64,000 nt of DNA from Euglena gracilis (taxonomy: Eukaryota), in contig CP154954.1 in the NCBI GenBank assembly GCA_039621445.1, positions 41,161,572 to 41,225,571 of the forward strand, written 5' to 3'. The notes beneath the pieces are model-generated. The model made no database searches, had not been told where the DNA came from, and saw only the letters and a program-made list of their open reading frames with translations. This document shows positions 55,497 to 64,000 of the stretch, one piece after another; within the stretch, counting starts at the first letter, position 1; each line of letters starts with the position of its first letter. Position numbers and translations under genes: made by a program.

Positions 55497-57129
55497 TAAA
55501 CGGTCCAAACCACACGCATTCACGTAGTTTACCTGCATGGCCTTAGTGGGCTGCCGCTGGCTATGGTCAGCAAAAGCCGCATGTGGCGGGGACTGCCCAC
55601 CCCCTCCACATACGTCCTGTGGTTCCCTACTGGCGACAGCCAACTTTTTGCTTTTACTAGAGGCAGCGGGAATCCGCTTCGATATGAAGCCGCACATATG
55701 TGGGTAGCGACTGTGATCACCCAGGCAGTCGGGATCATCAGTATGGATTGTACGCAGTTTCTTGGCAGATGATAGCTTTCAGGTGTACTGCTGAGTCACA
55801 TTGCACTGGGCAGCTAAAGAAAGATGGGAGGAGAGTGTATATACCGAGATCAAGATACTGGGTAGTGCCAGTGATCACCTGGTTAGTCCACAGGGTAGGG
55901 TAGTGACTGTGATCACGGCAGGCAGTCATGCCCCTCCGAGTAATGTCAGTGATCACCCACGCGGTTGTACCAAAAAGAACAGACAATAATTTCAAAATGA
56001 GAACACGTGGCATGGATTCAGGGTGGTGCATGGTAATGCCACTTGTTGGCCCCGAATGTTCAGTTTCATCAGGGGTTTCACATCCTTGCGATTTTTAATG
56101 AGGGCCATTAGAGTCCCTTTGGGTCTTTCCTTATGCTTTTTTCTGGTTTTTCAAAAAGTGCAGCGTAAAACCGCTTCCAATGACATTTCGTATTTTTTTG
56201 CGGGTGTGTTTGTCGTCTGTTAATCCGTTCTTCATCCTTACATGGCAATTGCATTGCCCTGGGGCCAAGGAAGTCCACAGCAGGATCATCCGCCACGTAG
56301 CCCTGAACGTCTCCAGGTTCATCCCGGAAGGGACGGAGACCGCCCCCGCACCGCCGACGGAGGGGGAGCCCCCGTTCAAACAGGGCGGCCGGGACCCGAA
56401 GGAGTCCAAATCCAAGGAGACCAAAGAGTCCCAGGACAAGCCCAAGGAGAAAGAGTCCAAGGACAAACCCGACAAGAAGAACAAGGACACGCCCAAGAAG
56501 GGCACTCGGGGGAAGCAGTCACCGGCCGGGCGGCCGGCATACAGGGAGAGGCGCAGTAGTCTTTTGATCATGGTGTTTGCTTTATTATGTTCTGTTTCAT
56601 TGTATTCAGTAATTGTTCTTCATTTCTGACGAAGCGTTTTTCCGCTTCGTTAATACAATCTGAGAAATCCATCCACCTTTTGCACACTGTCTTTCATGGA
56701 CAACGTCTGTGTTCATATTAACCTATAACCTCCCTTCAAGAATGAGCAAGACAAAGGCGTCTCAACGAAACTCCGGTTTCTGTCTGCTCTGTTTCCAGTC
56801 TGTGCCACTCCCTGATGCCGAGGAAGCGGTCCGCCCTGGAGAACATCAGGAGATGGTGGTTGACAATGAGTGAGCGGGCGGCTGCGGCGGCCGTGGTGGC
56901 AGCGGGCGGCTGGTGTCGCCGGCGAGGGAGGGGCAAGCGAGGCCCAGACCCAGACCCAGACCCAGACCCAGACCCAGACCCAGACCCAGACCCAGACCCA
57001 GACGGATCTCGGGGAACCTGTGGGGGAACCAATTTCACTTTCTCCGGACACAGGGGTGCACATCCAGGAGGAGGTTGAGGAGGATCCCTCCATCCCAGTG
57101 ATGGACAGGGATTGGTCTCCGGGCATATG

Positions 57130-58300
57130 AAAATTGCCCTGTGTAGGGGCCTGTTTATGCAAGTGTGCAGGCCCCTGCAAGAGAATGGACAAAATGTACA
57201 GAGACGGGCTCCTCTGTGTGCCCACCAGCCTGATGGGGCTCGGGGACGCTGGACACCCGGGAGCCTCCAGGCTCTGGCACAGGTGGGGGGGTGGTACAGG
57301 TTCGCGGATCCAAAGAGGCTGAAAAAATCACCCAAGGCATCCAGCGGCAATGTGAAATCTGCCAAGCCTGTGACCCCTCTCGAGCACCTTTCAAGTGTGC
57401 TCTCGAAGCCACCCCTGTGCCACCCTTCCTCATGGACAGTGTGGCAGTGGACCTGTTCGCCATGCCTGAAGTGACCCACGAGGGCCAAGTGTATGATTAC
57501 CTGGCCCTGTGCGTGGACCGTGAGAGTGGATGGACAGTGACCACCACCCACAAGTACAAGGGCTTGACAGCCGAGGTGGTGGCCAAGGTCATGTTCTGCC
57601 ATTGAAACATGTTCGGGGTACCCTCTGTGGTGACCTCGGACCGTGGCCCCAATTTTGCCTCGGCTTGGTGGCAAACGATGTGCGCCGCCATGGGGGTGAG
57701 GCGTGCCTACGGGCAGGCCTACTACCACCAGGCCAACGGCCGGGCAGAGGTGGCGGGCCAACGTGTGATGAACACCCTGTCCAAGCTCATCGCTGACCTG
57801 TCGGAGAAGGAAGCCTCATGGGTGGTGCTGTTGCCCAAGGCTCTCCGGAACTCCGCCCCCAGACACATCCGGGAACAGACAAGCTGGCCACCAAGTGGAA
57901 AAGGGGGACTGTGGTGGCCCGCCGGTGTCGCCACTCGTATGTGGTGGAGCTGGCCCCGGGGGCCCGCCAAGAGGCACACCGGAGCCAACTCAAGCTCCAC
58001 ACGGAGGACGAGTTCTCCACCGACCCCCTCCCACTCTTTTATTTCAACGACAAGGCAGCCCCCCTGGAGGTGGGACCAGATGTGTGGGTGGTGGAAGAGA
58101 TTGTGGGCAGCTGGAACCACCCAAAAAACGGGGGTGCCGGAATTTCAGGTGAGGTGGAAAAATTGGGATCCAACAGATCTCCAATGGCTGCCATGGTCCG
58201 ATTTCTTCCCATCCTACAACGAGGATGTGGTGAACTATTGTGCGGCCAAGGGGATCCCGTTGGAGGTCGTGGGACTTCTCCGCCCCGGGAAGAGGGGGGT
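57130..58300 (+). mobile_element. Degenerate Ty3/Gypsy (chromovirus-like) integrase plus chromodomain remnant
   Basis: CEICQAC zinc-knuckle part, SVAVDLF, VTSDRGPNF, QANGRAE; chromodomain WVVEEIVG...EFQVRWKNWD...QWLP; TGA at 57603-57605 and frameshifts. Confidence 0.85.
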
Positions 58301-58414
58301 GGCGGGGACGGGGTCAATAAGGGGGGAGAGGGACAGGAGGAGGCGAGGGGACGGCTGGTGCGGGGATTGTGGTGGTGGCGGAGCACACACACATCCTTCG
58401 CTCTTGTGCGTAGG

Positions 58415-58941
58415 ATGCAGCGCTACGTGCCCCGTCACCCCTACGTCCCTGGACCACTTCCCGTCGCCCCCCCCCGCCACATTCGGCCGCCGAGGTGGAG
58501 GCCACCCTCCTCGCCCTCTTGCCCGCAGACAAGCGCCCCCGCCTGGACAATCCCGCGGAACCGCCCCAGCCGGCCGAGTCCCCCCGACCACCATCCCCCA
58601 CGCGCCCGGAGGACCTCCGCTCCCTGCTGGCCTACCTCGAGGGGCTGGCGGCGGAGGTGGAGCACCTCCGGAGCGTGGTGGGGCGGTTGGTGGGTGACGG
58701 AGCGCCGCAGCGGGTAGATGCGGAGGTGCAGGCGGAGGCGCCTGGCGAAGGGGACGACCAGGGGAACGAGGAGGAGGCAAGTGAGTCGGGGTCGTTGGAC
58801 CTCCTCGCCGCGGCTGCCACGGCCGGGGATCCTGATGCCGAGGACGCCGAGGAGGACCAGGTCGGGGACCCCGGCGGGGTGCTCCAACTGCTCCTCGCGG
58901 AGTTCGAGCCCTTGTGGCCCGGCTCCGACGGGGACCCCTAA
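58415..58941 (+). CDS. Extra ORF 3' of the Gypsy integrase (Pro-rich, short coiled coil, acidic tail); needs +1 base in a C run
   Basis: GC3-rich codons; EDLRSLLAYLEGLAAEVEHLRSVVGRL; followed by a poly-G tract at ~58998-59015. Confidence 0.4.
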
Positions 58942-61900
58942 GCCCCCCCGCCGACCCGGACATAGCCCGGGCCGGCTTCCTTGTGGAGGCTAGCCCAGGG
59001 GGGGGGGGGGGGGGGACAGAAAATTGGGGTCGTGCGGAAAACCTTGGAGGGACCGATATTGTTTCCTTTCTTTGTTGCTGTTGTTGTTGTGTTTTGCAGG
59101 TTCAATCTCGATCTCAATTTCAGCGAGTCAACCTCACAGTGCCCTTTGCTGCGGGCGAGGGGGCCAGGAGGGACGACGGGACGCCCAGGTGGGGCGAGGA
59201 GGCCACAAGAGCAGAACGGGGGGGGTCCCAAGGGTTGAGGGGGCCCACAGGCCCCCCAAGGCTGACCACGTCCACCACCCGTGGCCGAGGGGCAAGCGCC
59301 CCACGAGACGAGGCGCCCTACGCGCCGCACGTGCACCACACCGCACGGTGCAGCGCCCGAGGGGCCCATAGGGGGTCCACGGACGCCTGCGGGCCCGAGG
59401 GTCCATAGGGCCACGGAGGCCAAACGGGTTCCTCGAGCCCCCGGGTGTTCATTATTTTTTTGTTCGAGCCTTTCAAGTGTTCGGTTGATCTTCATTTCAT
59501 TTTCGGCGTTGGAGGGGCCCCGTGGCCAATTTGGCCCGGGGGGGGGGGGGCACCTACAATTTTAACCAATTTTTGATGGATGGCCACACCTCTTCGGCCC
59601 CCAGACCCAGACCCAGCCCTCAAACACCCGCACTGCTTCGCGCACTTCGCATGCCTATTTCGCTGTGTCTTTCATTTGTGTGTGTCTTTGGCATGGCTGC
59701 GGAACTCGGGGCCTCGGGGGGTTGTCGGATCTGTCACATGAGTGCCTTGGCAGGAGTAGAAATAGATCATACACTCTGTTTTATGACTCTGCTGTGGAAT
59801 ACATCACAGCTTTTCAATCATGTTCGCTGAGACTTTTATGTACGTTGTGTGTTTGATGCTTCAGTGTATGTGGTGAGTTTCTCTATTCAAATGGTTCAGC
59901 GTTGTTCTTAGTTCGATGTATGCAGTTTGGGACCCTGATATGTTTAAATTTCTTACCTTCAGTTTAAGGAAGCGGAAGACCGCTTCTTCGTTATCATGTT
60001 TTTATTTCGCAGGTTATTCCCCATCGCCTCCTTATGACTGAGCAGTTCAGTCGCCAACAGAAGCAGTAAAGGTGTGTATTGTTTTGTGTCTTACGATTTG
60101 TAGTGCATAGATGTTATTCGCAATTTCTATTGTGCATTTTGTCCGTTTGCTTGTGCGAAATATTCACTTCTCAGTTTCTATGGTTCATTATATCCTTTGA
60201 AATGAGGAACAATGTTTTGTCTGAAAGGACTGCTGATTGGATGGACATCACACACTTGCATCCGATTTTGCACTTCGGTTTCCGTTTCTTATCAAAGCGG
60301 TTTTCCGCTTCCTTATTGTTTCTGAAAATTTTCAAGCATGTTCTGTTTGCTTTTCATCGCATATGATTCTGCGTGTTTTTTTTTCAGTTTCCGGTGATCT
60401 ACATCTGATTTTGAAGCGGAATGTCATTTTTACCGCTTCCTGTTTTGTGATTTTCTTTTTTCCCCCTTTGCAGGGGGATTCGAGTTCTTTCCTCGCCGGC
60501 GGCAGGCGGAACCAGGTGTGAATCTGCACGTTCCTCCTGTTTTTGCAATTTTTGTGTTGGTTTCGTTCATTTGCATACAATTTGAAAATAAAAGTGGTGC
60601 TTCGGGTCTGTTTTAGGCTTTATAGGACTCTGTTACTACAAGCCAAACGTCCATCAGAATTGGCCGAAATCGGGACCTCTTCTGAAACCTCAAAATGGGC
60701 CTTTTTGGAAGCAAGTTTCCGCTTCCTCTTCCGTTTCGGACGGGTCAGAAATTTTGGGCAGTTTACGCCGCCTAAGAAAGATGGACGCCGGCACCATTGG
60801 AGTGAATGACTCAGCTTCTCAAAATAAACTTGAGTTTGTTCATGAGGGCGTGTAATATGAGACGAACATGACAGCTGGGCTTCGGGGATTCGGGGGGGGG
60901 GGGGTAGCTCTATAACAAAAGACCACAATTTATTCATGGGGCGAAAAATTTTGGCCAATTGTTTGTATTTTCGAGGCTGACCATAAAAGCGGGGGGGTCG
61001 GGATACTTCAGAAATGCGGCAGGCCAAATTTGCCACGTTCTTCCCTTGCTCCCACTTGTGGTCCAGCACTGCACCCAGCGGAGTGGTTTACCTGGCTGTC
61101 TCGGGAGGGGAATCGGTCGGGGGGAACACGGAGCCGGGGCAGGCCAAGCAGCTCACAAACCCATCCTTGTGACCAAGGGCAGGGTCCGGCGATGGGGAAA
61201 TGCTGAGGGGGGGATGATAGCACACGCGCGCACACCCACCCACCCACCCACCCACAGCAATCCACAAAACACTCATACACACACAACGCACACAGACGAT
61301 GGCCACCCTTAACAAAAAAGTTGGGCCCACTGAACCCCACCGTCCTAACTGTAACACACCCCCCCCCCCCTATGTCCAACGACCAGTAACCTCTGTCCTC
61401 CGACCGGGGGGGTGGTCGTTGGACATAGGGTGGTGACCAAAAAGGTGTCCTCTGACCGGGGGGGTGGTCGTTGGACATGGGGTCAAAAAAAAGTTGGTGG
61501 GCACCCGGGTCCCTACCCACCCAAAAATGCCCCAATTTTCCCTTCCGGCGCTTCGCGCCGAAAATTTTGGGCAATTTTGACAAATTTTTGTCCAAAAAGT
61601 GTCAAAAATGGCATTTTGGCCAAATTTTTGGCCAATTTTTGGGAAAAATTTTTCGTCCCGGCGCTTCGCGCCGGGACCAAAAATTTGGTCAAACCTCCGA
61701 AAAGGTGTCCTCCGACCGGGGGGGTGGTCATTGGACATAGGGGGGTCGTTGGACATAGGGGGGGGGGGTAATAAATACACATCCCTAGGGTCTGCATCCC
61801 CTGAAACTCCCCTGATAAGTGCGCACCCCCCCCCTCCAACTGGATTGTGCCCGCTGCAATTTCGACTATTTTGAATGATTTTGAGCCACTTTGGGCCTCC

Positions 61901-62384
61901 AAATAACGTCCAAAAAGGTGTCCTCCGACCGGGGGGAGGGTGGTCATCGGACATTGGGGGGGGGGGTGGCTACTGGTGAAGTGGCGGGCGCCAACCGCGA
62001 GCCACCCGTCAACGTTGGCAGGGGAGGAAAGTGGGGGACCTGCGCTTCCCCACCGGCCCCTGGACACGGCTGCCCTCCGGTGTGGCCCTCCCTCGGCCCG
62101 GGGACGGGGTCTGTCCCCGGCGCATCCAAGCCGCGTTGGCCGCGGCGCCACACGCGCTGCGGCCGGCAGCCGGGCGGGGGAAGGCACGGACCGACAAGGT
62201 GTCCTTCAACCGGGGGGGGGGGGTCTTAAACATAGGGGGTCAGTTAGGCTTCAAGTGCTTCATTCCAGGAAGTTTCACTGGCACCGCGGCGATGCTTTTG
62301 CGACAGAGCGGCTTTCCTTCGGGGAAACCTGCCCCGGGACAACCCGGTCCGTGTCGGCCGGCCGCGCCGCCGGGCGGGAAAGGG

Positions 62385-63015
62385 TCAGCCGACCTTCTTC
62401 TCCAGCGCCCGCATCTGCTCCTGCAGCTTCGCCACCGCGGCGTCGCAGTGGCTGCGGACCGCCTGCACCTCCGCCTTCAGGGACGTGTTCTCCTGCTCCA
62501 GGCTGAAGACCTTCGCCTCCCCGGCAGAGCCGCCCCGACCACACTGCCACCCTCCCCCCGCCTGCCCGACAGACTGGTGCGTGGAACACATTGCAATGTA
62601 CCAAAATGTGTCTAGGAAGCTGAGTACATTTAACCAAATTGTCAAACCGCAAATTATGCCAAGGGTGCCCCGCCCACCCCTCTCAGGGTGCTCAGAACAG
62701 GGTGTTCCGCTGCGTTGCCGTCTCCTTCCAGTATTGCCAAACCCCTCGAAAAGGAGAGGGGGGCACTGGAGATGGGCTCTTCTCCCCTAGAAAGGGATAT
62801 TATGTTGGAGCATGGCATGGAAAAAAAACACAGATAATGCACATTAAATGTTATCTGTGAACCTCCCAGCGGGGGTGAGGTTGGCCCTGGGTGGCCTCGT
62901 CCATGCGCTGCCCGAAGAGGTAGAACAGCTCATGGCCTGCGCGGATCTTCTCGATGGCGTCCTGCCGGTCGCCCCAGCCGGTGATGCGGGAGAACGAGGC
63001 GGTGTCCTCCAGGTC
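62385..63015 (-). CDS. ppa: 3' end (last two exons) of a second multi-domain PPase paralogue; gene continues beyond the window
   Basis: Exons 63015-62893 ([41 protein letters not shown]) and 62519-62385 ([19 protein letters not shown]...EKKVG*); same AG acceptor and CAG/CTG intron as paralogue 1. Confidence 0.88.
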
Positions 63016-63396
63016 CTGTTGGGACGCAAAAAAAGGTGTTAAGCGAGAGGGGGGGAGGGGGTAGTCCCGGAACCCCCCCTCCCTCCTCAGTCCCGACGCC
63101 CCAGTAGGTCCTCCTCAGTCCCGACACGACGAGGTAGTGGGAAACTGAAGCGGGGGATGGATATGGTTTACCACTTGGAGTATCTGCCTTTTCCCGCTCT
63201 TTTCACTGCTTTTGTGTGGAATGAAGAGGTGCGTGTGCCCTCGTCCACAGCGCACCCCCTTGTCCAACGATCACTGATGTTCGCCTCCGACCGGGGGGAG
63301 GGGTCGTGAGACAGGGGGGACCCAGCAGCAAAAAAAAAAAAACTGGGCAAAGATGGCGGTAGTTGGCCGCTTTAAGCTGCTCTGGTGGCCCTTTGG

Positions 63397-63940
63397 CAGG
63401 GATGGATGGGAAGCCTTGAGGGGGGGGGGGGGGGGTGGGACCCCCCCCCTCTCGACACGGAGGGGGGGGGCGGGGTGGGTCGGACCCCCCCCCTCCTACC
63501 TCGAAACTGAGGGGGGGCCGAAAAATTTCGATTTCATGGACGGGCAAAGGGCCGGAAATCGGGTCAAAATCGGTCAAAAATCCCTGATTTTTCTTTGAAA
63601 ATAGATCCAAAAATGCTCGTTTTTTGAAATTTGTTGAACACTTTTTTGGGGGAAAACACCAACACATCAAAAAATGGGCAATATGTCCAAAAGTCAGCAA
63701 AAAGGGGTATTTTTGCTCATTTTCTGGCGCGCAGCGCCGGAAGAAAATTTTTTTCTGCTATTTTTGGCACCTGTCAAGGAGGGGGGGGTGGGGGGGTGCG
63801 GACCCCCCCTCCCAACATCTAGGGGGGGGGGGGGTGGTCCGGACCCCCCCCTACCACCTTACCCCCCTGGGGGGGGGGGGTGGTCGGGACCCCCCCCCTA
63901 CCACCTACCTCAATACCGAAGGGCTTCCCATCCATCCCTG
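63397..63940. mobile_element. hAT-like MITE (family of 42943-43414)
   Basis: TIR CAGGGATGGATGGGAAGCC; 8-bp TSD ccctttgg; empty site in the paralogous intron at ~29061. Confidence 0.9.
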
Positions 63941-64000
63941 CCCTTTGGGGTTACTTTCGTCACTTTGGTCACTTTGGAGCACCTTTGGGGGACAGCCTTA

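Larger units (their letters stand above)
53729..60776. mobile_element. 7-kb TIR DNA transposon, non-autonomous as seen, with nested Tc1 and Gypsy remnants
   Basis: TIR CTTAGGCGGCGTAAA...GCCCA; 5-bp TSD aaaga (53724-53728, 60777-60781); it interrupts a block that is contiguous at ~20440-20470 and ~26530-26560. Confidence 0.85.

Noticed and set aside
56930-59730. LTR pair for the Gypsy remnant
   Set aside because: Only short similarities (ccagac repeats, cggawctcgggg); no TG...CA direct repeats or TSD found.

Overview
Eukaryotic, repeat-rich DNA, most likely from a euglenid (inferred from intron structure). GC-rich exons are split mostly by non-GT-AG introns whose ends base-pair, typically nucleotide +4 with -6 and often CAG...CTG, as in euglenid nonconventional introns. 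Joining exons by that rule gives four minus-strand genes. (1) A 14-exon, 655-aa protein with three tandem family I inorganic pyrophosphatase domains and a C-terminal coiled coil (28206-40449). (2) A gene of at least 12 exons with degenerate EF-hand-like motifs and a CEP19-like domain (~1108-15532). (3) A 3'-truncated copy of gene 2 (42265-44579). (4) The last two exons of a second PPase paralogue (62385-63015). Genes 3 and 4 belong to an old tandem segmental duplication. Introns and intergenic DNA carry many MITEs (8-bp-TSD hAT-like, TA-flanked Tc1/mariner-like). There is also a 7-kb TIR element with a 5-bp TSD and a recurring 18-bp palindrome, which contains a Tc1 remnant and a chromodomain Gypsy remnant, plus a 1.7-kb triplication and many microsatellites. 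All calls were made by eye; exon boundaries may slide a few nt at direct repeats.
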